The notes under the pieces were generated by a model. That model saw nothing but the letters and a program-made list of their open reading frames with translations, made no database searches and had not been told where the DNA came from. A stretch of DNA of 63,837 bases, the filler included, from Craspedostauros australis (lineage: Eukaryota): assembly GCA_030167865.1 (NCBI GenBank). It is 8 parts of 8 records of this genome, joined end to end, with 100 filler letters (N's around TTAATTAATTAA, not from the genome) between each part and the next. Parts side by side here need not be neighbours in the genome. Positions count along the whole stretch, not along the records: positions 13,844 to 41,115 come from JALAGF010003570.1; positions 41,216 to 43,963 come from JALAGF010003571.1; positions 44,064 to 49,746 come from JALAGF010003572.1; 5 more parts are not named here. One strand, written 5' to 3'. Positions 35,655-46,548 of this stretch are shown here, one piece after another. Position 1 is the stretch's first letter, and each line of letters begins with the position of its first letter. The position numbers and the translations under genes are program-made.

Positions 35655-36362
35655 ATGATTTTCGTGATGCACCAACACCCATCCCATCCCTTCCTCCGTC
35701 CACACTCGCCTTGCATGAAGGGAGCTCAACCATGCTCCTCCCCATGCACATCCAAGATCGATGTCCCTTCCATCAAGATCACCGATGGCGGTAGTGGCAG
35801 TGACAGCGATGGCAACTTCGTCATCGCTCTTGATGTTCCTGGATACCATTTGAACAACATCGACATCTCATTGAAGCCGGATGACCATGTGGATGCGATG
35901 GTGCTGGAGATCAAAGGAAAGCGAGACAACCGTGTGTACTCTGCATCATTCGAGAAGAGATTCCGCCTGCGTGATTCTCGATTGGACATGGAGAAGGTGG
36001 ACGCCGAGCTGTTGGATGGGCTGTTGACCATCACGCTGCCAAAGAAGCATCCGGGCAAAGATGGCGGTCGTCGTGTCATCCCCATTCGCGATGGTGCCTC
36101 CAGCAGTACTCCGAGCAGCGTCACAGGTGATGGCTTGGCTGTCGCCGAAGCCGAAACGGCAAGAGAGACGCAAGCGGGACAGCTACATTTGGCGGCACAC
36201 ACCGACACAACCAAGGTCGAAGTGGAAGATGTGAACGAAGATGTGAACAAAGAAGAAGCAGATGAGGAGGATGTTGTTGATCGTGCCACCAACATGGATG
36301 ACGATCACACCAGCGACGACAATGGTACTGATGATTCCGAATGGGAGAAGTTCGAAGCTTAG
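35655..36362 (+). CDS. Small heat shock protein (HSP20/alpha-crystallin domain) with acidic C-terminal tail
   Basis: FVIALDVPG....IDISL...LEIKGKR...FEKRF.L....D.EKV.A.L.DGLLTITLPK...RVIPI; ATG 35655 after an A/C-rich leader. Confidence 0.9.
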   Translation: MIFVMHQHPSHPFLRPHSPCMKGAQPCSSPCTSKIDVPSIKITDGGSGSDSDGNFVIALDVPGYHLNNIDISLKPDDHVDAMVLEIKGKRDNRVYSASFEKRFRLRDSRLDMEKVDAELLDGLLTITLPKKHPGKDGGRRVIPIRDGASSSTPSSVTGDGLAVAEAETARETQAGQLHLAAHTDTTKVEVEDVNEDVNKEEADEEDVVDRATNMDDDHTSDDNGTDDSEWEKFEA

Positions 36363-37504
36363 GAAACGGATCCAGAATGGACAGGCGCGGATCATACTCG
36401 TAGTTGCAGTCAGGAAGTATCGAACCTTGGTGTCGTGACTGGCATGGAAAAGTAGAGATAATCACTCATGCCATTCCATTAGAAATATGATTGATTGCTC
36501 AACTAGAATGACGAGTCCTCTGCTCCCCTTGATACTGTAGATATTCAATGTGCGCATGATGCATCATCATGAATGTTCTGGAAATCGCAGGTACCAGCAT
36601 CGTTGCGGTCGTCTTTGGCAGCGCCGATGCACTCCGATGAGACGGCGACAATACTGGCATGGTTGACGAGGCCAAGCAGTAGTGTCGAGAGGGTGCAACG
36701 GCCAGCTTGAGTCGTGTAGTGCTTCCAATCGATGCATTGAGGCAGGTCGTTACTACAGAATGATTTTCGTCGTCGTCGTCGTCGTTGTTGATGGCGATGT
36801 TTCTGTTTCCAGCAGGATACTTGCACTCGCATGCAACATCAACATCGTGTTGTGCACGTCCATCCATGCCAAAGGATTACGACGACGACGATAGCAACAA
36901 CGGTGTTGACGACGACGATACTCCACTTTTGATGGTTCTGGGTACAAGTAGTCGTGCGATCTACTCGTATGTGCGTGCGAAGCGAAAGACTGGCGTGCCG
37001 CGTATAGCCTGCAGAGGATATCCCAACGTAGCTCGGAGTATACCGTAATAGTACGAGTGCACTTGCTGTTGAATTGCCACGCTGTTGAGCAATCTGCACG
37101 ATCACAAGAGAGAGCAGTGGAGCATGGGTAATGCAATGTTTTGGAGGGGTGAGGACCAACGGACGAATGTGTATCATGTGGGGATCAACGCTTCTTGGAC
37201 AGGTCGATACTCTTGCACTGATGAAGAGACGTTGTGTCCTTGTGGAGCGCAAACAGCCAGCTCAAAGAGAAACGGAGAATTGCTGTTGATTGTTAACTTG
37301 CTCGTACACGTTGATTGCTATTCTACTTACACAAATATTACTGTTCGCATGCCCGTCTTTGGGTGATTCGTGCAGGGTGCATGGTATGCTACATGCTGGT
37401 ATTGGTACATTGGAGAGCGTCGGTCGCATGGTCACGGACATTGCTGATGGGAAGAACGAGATTGTATCGTGCAACGTTGTGGCTGTTCCACGCGACTTGG
37501 CTCC

Positions 37505-40074
37505 TCACAGCGCCGCCGCCGCCGCGACAGGTGCCATGGTCTCATCGTTGATCCGGTCGTCCAAATTGGCATCCACGCCGTCGGACAGAGACTTCTTTAA
37601 AACCGGTACGATGGAACGCACCATGAGGCTACCGCCGGCAGCAAAGACGGCCGCGAGGAAGGTCCAGGACGCTGACCAACCGAAGTTGCCGAGGATGTGG
37701 CTGTTGGCCGACAGGATCTGCGCCGTTCCGAGGTAGGCCACGGCATCGAAGAGGGACAAGGCGATGGGGCTGTTGGCCGGGAAGAGGGTCGACGCTGTGA
37801 GGTTGGGGAATTGGTAAAATTGGAAGGAGATGGCGGAAGCGGCCACACCGGAGAGGAGTGCGATGATCGCTGCCAGGAGCATGCGACCGCCAGCGCCAGC
37901 ACCGAGCCCGATGGTGTTGAGTCCGCAGCAAAGCGCCAGGCCAGCCACGCTGACGGCGCCCTTGAAGTACTCCTGCTTGAGCATGCGTAGCTTGGCCCTG
38001 ACGTTGTCCATGTTGGAGAACTTCTGGCCTTGGATGAGACCGAAGAACATTCCAGCCGTGACGGACGATGTCAGCGTTGCACAGATGTCGCCTGTGATTG
38101 AATGATTAAATGGTGAGTGATGCATGAGAGTTGGAAAGTGTTTGGAGTATGTATGGGTATGTACGAGTAGAATGGTGGGAATGAGGATGAATAGATGTGT
38201 TGAAAAGGTGAGGATACTGTTTGGCAGGTTGAAATAGTACACGTACACAAAAGCGTACGTACACGCATGCATATGCTCGTATGCATTCGTTCTGATCCGT
38301 CCAAGCGCAAGATACAAGTGGAGGACTCTGCTCTACTTCGCAAAAACACATGAACACACGAATGCACAATCGCGGCTCTCTCCATGCTCATGAATTGCTT
38401 GACAAATGAGAACGTACCTGGCAAAGCCGTGGCATGCTCCAAGAAGGGTGCAAGCAACCGGTCGCTGCCGCGGATGAGGTATCCCACCGAATGCGCGATG
38501 CCCAGCTGCCAGAAGAGCGGATGACCCAGGATGGATCGCAAGGAAGCCAATGCGTTGCCCTTCTTGGGTGGTGCCGTCGCAACGGGCTTGCTTTGTGGTG
38601 ACGTTGGATGCGTGCGACAGCCCACAAACATGGCGAGGGCACCAACGGCGGCCACACCGGAACCGAAGCGGCACAGCAGCCTCCAGTTGGAAGCGCGCAG
38701 GATGGCGGCACCGAATATCTTGGACACCAACGCTCCCGTGACGCTGGCCATGCCCAGGGAGGCGATGCCCTTGGATATGAGGGCGGCATCGTTGCCGTGC
38801 TTGTTGCCGATGACCTGGCAGATGGCGATCCACTGGATGCTGGATAGGAACTCGTAGCACAGCACGAGCGGCGCGATCCATCCGATGGTGGGAGCGAGGG
38901 ACATGGCGAACGCCAGCACCGAGAGGACAGACATGTACATCCAGGAGGATCGGTGTCCACCGAGGGACTGGCAGACGAAGCCATTGACGATCTTGCCGAT
39001 GAATCCGCCCAACGGTGATGCAGCCGCAGCCGTGGCAACGAAGGTCGCGCGGCTTGCAGCGGAGGCGGTGGACATGAATTCGACAGCGGCGGCCGGAACC
39101 ACCACAACCGGGAGGCTGACCACCAGGACGTTGCAGAAGTAGCTGAGAAAGACGGAGACGTCAAAGACCGAGAGTCTGGAGGATGCCTTGCCCGCATCCT
39201 TGGTTTCCGCCTGCGCCTGTTTCTGTCGATGCTTCTGCTGATCCGATTGCGCATCCACCGGCTGCAGAGGCGGAACGGGAACGCGGTGATGCTTGGGCTT
39301 GGACGCGTGCGACCATCTCTTCCTTGGATTGGAGATGGGGAACGGCACTCGCAAGGGCGATGCCGTGGGTGCCTGCGGCGACAGAACGGAGCTGTAGAGC
39401 TGCGTCTTGGGTCGCGAGTGGACTTCGCTGCCGTGCGGGACGCCGGTGACCGCGAGGTACTGGCTGGCATGCTGCTGGGCGGATGCGGAGTAGAAGAGCA
39501 TGGGAGAATGATGAGGCGCCGATGGATTGGCGGGAACGCTGCTGCCGAGCCTGGCCTTGGCAGATCCGATGGAGACGCCTGCGTCTGCCGCCTTCGATGC
39601 TTGGCTGACGTCGTCGCGATCTGCCTGCTTCAGGAGGTTGAGGGAGGATGGCGAAGGAGAAGCGGTCGTCGCCTTGGGTGTGGCCGCCGTGGATGGAGAC
39701 TGCGGATGCTGACCGGGTCGCCGGGAGGCCGAGTTGAAGCCACCGCCTCTCAGGCTCAGCGCGTGCACCACGGCCTTGGCGAGGCCATTGCTGTTGCCAT
39801 CGTCGTTGCCATTGTCGCTGCTGGAAGCTGAGATTGCAACGACTGAGGATTCACCACGTGCGACTTTCTCATTTGCATTCGTATGGAGGTTGGAGACATG
39901 GGTGAGGGCAAATGCGCGCCAAGATGCTTTCTTGGTTGAACCGCTTCTTTCTTGATTCTTGGTTCGCACGGTTGGCGCGAGAACTGAATCCGACGCGAGA
40001 AAGGATTCGCAAGGTGTCGCGTGGAGAGACACGACCAGCGCCGTGAGAGCGGCAGTTGCGGCGGAATGCCTCAT
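37505..40074 (-). CDS. MFS transporter (GlpT/UhpC-like by resemblance) with N-terminal targeting peptide; exons 40074-38418 and 38091-37505
   Basis: Signal peptide ending CES-FLA; GKIVNGFVCQSLGG, NWR, FDAVAYLG, GWS motifs; GTACGT donor at 38417 and CACAG acceptor at 38092 join the two ORFs in frame (747 aa). Confidence 0.8.
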
Positions 40075-40508
40075 GTTGCAATTATCTTTCTTTCGTTCTG
40101 CTTCCTTCTGCTTTGGTTTCTCTGTTGCTCAACTCTTTCTTGCTCTTGTGGTAGAGCTTGTCTTTGAGGGAATACACTGAGTTGATTGGTTAAGTGCAGT
40201 GGTTCAGTGCAGTGGTTGGGTCCAGTGGAGTGTTGCCGTTGCCAAGTGCTGCAAGGTGGTGATCACGGGAAGGAGGAAAATCAAACAAGGGAGGAATGAG
40301 GTGAGGAACGAAGTGGAAGGAGGAGAAATGGAAGAGAGAATCTTGGTGAGCCACCAGCGAGATTCCGCGTTGCATGTGGAGAAAGCGTTGCTTCCTTGGA
40401 TGGGACGATGGTCACAAGGGCGACAGTGGTGTGAAGATGGTAACGACTGTTGAAGCAATGGCTCCTGCACCGGCCTCTACCCGGCAATGAACCGAAGGGC
40501 AGGCCAGA

Positions 40509-40753
40509 TGTGGAGCAATGAGATTGTTGTTGTGGTGTAATCAGATATTTTAAACTGGATTTATGGCTGCTTGTTGCCGGTCGCCAGCTTGTTGCCGATG
40601 TCCGGCTTGTTGTTGTCTTTCTTGTGTTTGCTTGCTTGATGTTGGTGGTGGCTGCCAGCCGTTGATTCGCACCGACGAATGACGTCATTGGCATTCCCTG
40701 GTTTCTTTGGTTTCGCGCCATCTGTCGTCACAATATGGGCATCTGCTCCAACA
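40509..40753 (-). repeat. Putative 245-bp 3' LTR
   Basis: Starts TGTTGGAGCA directly after the PPT and ends TGCTCCACA (near-perfect terminal inverted repeat, TG...CA); second LTR not visible. Confidence 0.7.
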
Positions 40754-41115
40754 CACTCCTTCGGTCCAAGCAGAGCTTGTTTGTATGTCTTACCTTTGCT
40801 GGGGCCGCTGATTGTTCGGTTGAGGATGATGTCGCGGAACTTGCGGAACTTCGTCCCTTGCAGCGGCTTGGTGAAGTAGTCTCCCACCATGTCATCCGTA
40901 GGACAGTATCGGACGGTGATTTCCCCCTTGTTGATTCGATCGCTGACGAAGAAGTACCGCATGTTTATGTGGCGCGTTTTCTTTCCGCTGGATCCACGCC
41001 CATTGTTTTCGAGCAGCATGGTGCTTTGGTTGTCTTGATGGATCACGGTGGCGTCTGGCTTGATCCCCTGCTCCTGTAGGAAGTACCGAGTCCATAGCAC
41101 CTGTGGCATCACGTC
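40509..41115 (-). mobile_element. Ty1/copia (CoDi-like) LTR retrotransposon 3' end: RNase H, PPT and 3' LTR; remainder lost in the gap
   Basis: LWTRYFL.EQG......IHQDNQS...LE.NG..SSGK.TRHI..RYFFV.D........V.YCPT.DM.GDYFTKPLQG.KF..FR..I; purine tract GAAGGAGTG immediately before TGTTGG. Confidence 0.92.
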
Positions 41116-41215
41116 NNNNNNNNNNNNNNNNNNNNNNNNNNNNNNNNNNNNNNNNNNNNTTAATTAATTAANNNNNNNNNNNNNNNNNNNNNNNNNNNNN
41201 NNNNNNNNNNNNNNN

Positions 41216-41335
41216 ATCGGAGAGGCATGGTTCGCGCCATGGATCGCCGCACTTGCCATCTCCTGCTGCAGTCTTCGTGAGGATGCTCAACACGAGCGCA
41301 ACCAGGCAAACGAGGTTGGTTTGGGAGATCTTCAT
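41216..41335 (-). CDS. 5' fragment of a secreted protein, truncated by the gap (too short for the ORF track)
   Basis: ATG 41335 gives MKISQTNLVCLVALVLSILTKTAAGDGKCGDPWREPCLSD, open to the gap edge; signal-peptide-like. Confidence 0.6.
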
Positions 41336-43277
41336 GGTGTCGGAGAGTTGCGTGATGTTTCGAATTTGCTCGATTGTTTTGTGCAGGGCAGATGTTGTTG
41401 TGTTGGATCTTCGGAGAAATTGTGAGAAGGGTTTTCATCTTCGGATGAGGGATGCGGTGCCTCTTGTTTCATCCCAGCGCGCATTCGCACGCAATTGTGT
41501 GTATGTCATGGTACGACCTACAATACTCGTACCTACCATACACGCAGATGCACAGCAGCAGCAACATTCATGATGCGAACTGCAACTGCAGCACAAGCGT
41601 CCTCATGTCACCACGTCCTCAGCTGTCGTTCTGTTGTTCTGTCGTTCTGTTGCAGTTGTATCTTCCTTCGCCTCGTCTTGTCTCATCCTGTGTCGGGGGA
41701 GATTTTGTCCACTCTCCTTCCGACCGTGTCAACATCGTTTCACCGACTTGATTCCTCAAGAAGGGAGCGAAGAATGAGAGTATGCATTGCGATACGTGAT
41801 GTCATGAGTTGTGACGAGATGAGGCGATTGTGTTGATCGAAGCCCACTATGTGTGATACTATGCTGAGCTTCCCCACTGGTTGCCGCCAATTAAGAGAGG
41901 GCAAGCGCGGAACAAATGCATCACGGTATGCCATCATGGTATAAATGCCAGCACTTTATCAAAGTGGACGGGTCCTTCTCTTCTTTTGTGGACACGGCAT
42001 CGCCTCACTGGTTGCCAACTTCTGGTTGTTGTTGTTGGAAGTTCGCAGATGATGACACACAAGCGGCCCTGGGTGGGCGCCCTCGAGCGATCCTTCATCC
42101 GCAAGAGGGCCCCAATGGTTCGCAGGAAAGAGTTCTTGCCCACCAAGTGCAAACGAACGTGTTCGAGTTCTCATGAGGACACTCTCTCAACCACTCACAC
42201 TCAATCATGTTCTACGAGAAGAATAAGTCGTACTCTGCTGCAGCGAGGTGCTCATGTGCAGGGGTGAAGTAGGTATGCACGCGTGTGGGAGACCACTCAT
42301 ATGCGTAACTCGTAATCAACGCACCACCGTCTTCGATCTCCCGCCGAAGGGACGAAGAAACCGGAAGGGTAGCGAAGACCAGCACCAAATCCGGTGGGAC
42401 AAGACATCGCTGGTCTGACGCTGATCGAACAGGCCGAGACAGTTGTCTTTGTGGAAGGGTGCGGACACAATCCTCCTACAGCGCCGAGCTGCGATGCCAC
42501 AAAGGATCCAAGAGCGAAACAACTGTTCCTGCACAGTGTGGGTAGCATGGGAACACGCCGAAACTGCACAGAGGAGGCAGGGTGTGATGTCTCCATGTTC
42601 CCTGGCCTGACAGGAAGCCTGCGGCTCTCCGCCGGTCCGCGTTTCGTGACTGCTTTCCGCAAGTCCAGCGACAGCTAACAATGTCGGCCGTTACTTGATG
42701 GTCAGTTGTGCCCTCCGAGCAGATCTTCTTCACATCATGTTTCTCCAAGGAACGGCTGCGCCAGAGTGCCTCCATGCAGCGAAATACTGCTTGCGAGCCG
42801 TCTTGGGTCGGTTCCAACTGTAGCCATGGCATTATACTCGTACCAGTATACTCGTACTTGCTCGGCTTATCCTATTCTATTATACATCTTCAAGCACGAT
42901 GCTCATCCATAGACTTCTCTCTCACACGCTCTTCTGAGGGAGCACCACGCTGCGCCGCACCGAGTCGATCGGTAAATCGTGTACGACGCTTCTGTCGAAA
43001 TCGTGAGGGAAGCAACATGACGATGACTCAACAGGGACACCCGGCAAGTCCATTGAAACATGCGTTGTTTGACTCATTTGACCAGAGAGATGAATCAAGA
43101 CTGTTTAATCGAATTAGTCTTGCCTACACAATCTGTGTCGTTGCATTCGCTGAAAATGACCAGTACATGTCGTGTCGTTAAGTATTATATTTAACGAGAT
43201 CGTCTATTAGTGTCCAATGACCGCCGTTGTGACTGTAGTTGTTTAAGTCACGAATCAATCTGATGCACAACTGAAAG

Positions 43278-43450
43278 TGCATTTAATGCATTCCAAATGC
43301 ATTTAATGCACTTCAATTGCATTTAATGCACTTCAAATGCATTTAATGCACTTCAAATGCATTTAATGCACTTCAACTGCATTTTTTGAACTCCAAGTGC
43401 ATTTAATGCACTCCAAATGCATTTTTTGAACTCCAAGTGCATTTTTTGAT
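43278..43450. repeat. Tandem array of about nine 20-bp units with palindromic core TGCATTTAATGCA
   Basis: Units at a strict 20-bp period; two variants, TGCATTTAATGCACTTCAAA and TGCATTTTTTGAACTCCAAG. Confidence 0.95.
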
Positions 43451-44063
43451 TTAAGCACACAGATCGCGGGACTTGCTTGAGCTGTTTGTGTGTGGGTTGG
43501 CGATTGGTGTGCAGGCCCCAAGAACAGGATTTTTTGCGAAAAGATGGTGCGAAGGTCAAGAGCCGCGCTCGTTGCCAGCACCAGTGTTCGAACTGCCGAA
43601 TCAAGAACTTGAAGACCATGAGCGACACTGTTCGCCATGGTCACCAGTGCCATGTGCAACCATTCGAGGCTCTGTGTGTGATTCTCCAATACCAAATGGA
43701 CAACAGACTCGAGTTGTAAGCTGTGTGGACCCAGCGTGAGCATAAGACCCATTCAGGATACGATTGAAACTTCGTTCTGATACAATATTTCAGCACTGAA
43801 TTCATTCTGTTATGCTGTATTGGGTGTGCGTGAAGTTATAGACTCCTCAGCCTTATAGTTACAAGGTTATATTTTTCGCATTAGCCTTTGCCTAGAACCG
43901 TCAAGCGTGCGGACGGTAGAGGGCAAATGGGTTCGGAATCGTCAGTCGTGTTTCGACATGCTGNNNNNNNNNNNNNNNNNNNNNNNNNNNNNNNNNNNNN
44001 NNNNNNNTTAATTAATTAANNNNNNNNNNNNNNNNNNNNNNNNNNNNNNNNNNNNNNNNNNNN

Positions 44064-44583
44064 GTTCACTGATGTGATCTCGTTCAATCCACCGCTGTCG
44101 TTTTCAGCAAGTGATGGCGTGGTCGCCATCCGCATCGACACTAGCACAAACCAATTGAGGGATATCGCTAACAGCATTGAGCCAATTCCGTCAGATTGGT
44201 TCGACTGCCAGAACGGCCCATTCACCATGTTCACGGGGATTTCGAGTGGCGTCGTTGGTGACAATCCTCCTCCTCTATTCAAAGGCATCTTCGATTACTT
44301 CATGGGATCGTTGGAGTCCTGCAACGGAAAATCGAAGATGCCGTCCGCTGTGCCATCACCCGCACCATCAACTCTTGCATCGTCCACTTCCTCATTCACT
44401 CCGTCTTTTCCACCATCTGCATCGCCGTCAAACCTTCCAAGCAACACAGCCAGCGGGGCACCTTCGATGCAGCCTACTTATGCACCTACCAGCTCAGCTT
44501 TCTCACCAATGATCCCTTCCACGGTATCCGTCATGCTGGTGATGGCCTTATCAATCATGACAACAGTCACGTTGCTAAACTAG
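44064..44583 (+). CDS. C-terminal fragment of a cell-surface protein (PSxxPS stalk, hydrophobic tail, GPI-anchor-like)
   Basis: Frame open from the gap; Ser/Pro/Thr stalk, then SSA and a terminal hydrophobic stretch ending at the stop. Confidence 0.7.
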
Positions 44584-44614
44584 GCTGTGAAATTGTCACG
44601 AAGACCATTCCTGC

Positions 44615-46072
44615 TCATTCTTCAAAGTAGACCCTCCAAAAACACAGACTGCCCGGCGGCGCTGCAAAATTGTATGAGCGATCCATCCTCTCAATCCTTC
44701 GCATCCATCGGTTGGGCTGTTCGTCGTTGCCACGTGGCTCTTCGATGGTGGCTGAGGCATCCAGCAGCAGCGAGTTCACCATCTTGCGAATCATCCGTTT
44801 GAGAAATCGGTTTGCGCGGATTTGAAAGACGAGAGCGCTATCGTATTCCGGCCGTCCCGCCGTGGCTGCTGCTACAACTGATGATGATGATAGTGTTGGT
44901 CCTTCCTGTTCATGCTTGCACCACACCTTGTTGAAGCCCGGAATGGTATCCTCCAACTCAGCGATGCCAGATGCGCGGAGCTGTTGATGATCATTGGATA
45001 CTTCATCTACATCTTCAACATCGACGCTACCCGAAGCCGTCACCAATCAACATCGTCCTTCTTGAATGGTGCAATCCGCCGACTGCGTCAATATCCTGCC
45101 TTTGCTCAACGAGGTGCAATCAATTGATTGGTTCATGACAGATGCGAAGAACTGGTTCACCGTCTTCACCATGAGCCTGGCATATTGAAGACATACTGTC
45201 TTGCGCAAAGGAAGGATGTAGATGTATTCACGAGCCGTCGCTTGGAACGTGGGATGGAAGCTGGATGACACATGATATGCATCAGGAATCTTCATGAATG
45301 GTGTGGTACTAGTTCGGTTGCTGAGCTTCAGGTCATCCCATGCTTCTTCCTTGTCATCTGGAATTGCATCTGTCTCATGGGCTTCATTCGCTTCATGTGT
45401 TTCACTGCTGCCATCTCACAACAACCAATTGACATCCGCGACTAGACGATCGAGATCCGGCGTGGCCGTTGATTTGGCTGATAGCGAGAAGGAGAGCACG
45501 TTCGCCTTGGCCGAAACGCCAGCATCCGTCCGGCCTGCAACGTTCAGTCGGACGATTGTCTCAGCCTCGATGATGCCTTGACGCCGCAAACACTTGGACA
45601 CTGCGTCTGTGAGAACGCCGCGGACCGTCGGCGCAGCGATGGTGGGATTGAACTCGTATCCGCCCGGGCAGGAGGGTCCATGATACGATACGATCAAGGC
45701 GTACGTTGGTCGCAACCGCCGCCGCGGATCTCTGTGAGGCACGAACGGTGGGAATCGTGACGGTTGTGGCATGTGGAGATCCTGGAAGAGTTCTGGAATG
45801 CCTGAGAACTGACAGGAATCATTGGGAGGTAACTCGTCAATGAAAGGATACCTGTATTTGCCTGCTTGATACGGTTGGTCATCCTGAGGTTGTGGCACGT
45901 CATGGTGGAGACTGTTGCTCTGTCGATCTGATGGCTTCCATGATGACTGCCGTGGTGGCTTCTGCGCTGAGGGTTGGAAGCACGCGGTTGATCTTTGGGG
46001 AGACAGGGCAACGCACAGTATGCCGAAGATGACCACGACGCATCTGCAGAAACGGTCTGCTTCTCCACTCAT
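44615..46072 (-). pseudogene. truA: tRNA pseudouridine synthase TruA-like, copy 1, two in-frame stops
   Basis: SYHG, AGRTDAGVSA, FHPTF.A..REYIY, IRANRFLKRMIRKMV, AAPP..LCF; TGA at 45416-45418 (CGA in copy 2) and at 45047-45049 (TGG in copy 2). Confidence 0.82.
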
Positions 46073-46548
46073 GATGCCATAGCTTTCTCCTTCTCTTCAC
46101 AAGTATTATAGTATGTGCTGGTGGTACTGGTGGTCCTGGCTTGCTTGTTGCACTCCTTTGTGAATGCATCGTGTGATGTGTCCACATGGAGGTGTCGTTT
46201 GTTCGTTCCTTGTTGCCTCGGTTTGATGTTGGTGGTTGATTGGTTGGGGGAGATTCGTTTTGGCGCCATGATAACGGCAAAATAACGCTCACCAATCACG
46301 TGTGTGAGACACGATCCAAACCAAAAAGTGATGCCAACCACAACTACCCAATCTGAGAGGATGTTCTCGAGCTCACTAATACCTTTCGCTGCGTCGACAT
46401 CGTCCCTTCGGACCGCGCGTGATAAGACAAGACAACCAAGACCAATGATCCAGGGAGCTTCCACTCCACGAGTACGGAGCCATCATGCTCTACTTATCGT
46501 GTTTCGATTGGACAAACGCGCTACGAGTTAGGACTGGAGTGACACACG

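Noticed and set aside
43278..43450. CRISPR-like array
   Set aside because: No unique spacers, no cas genes, eukaryotic context
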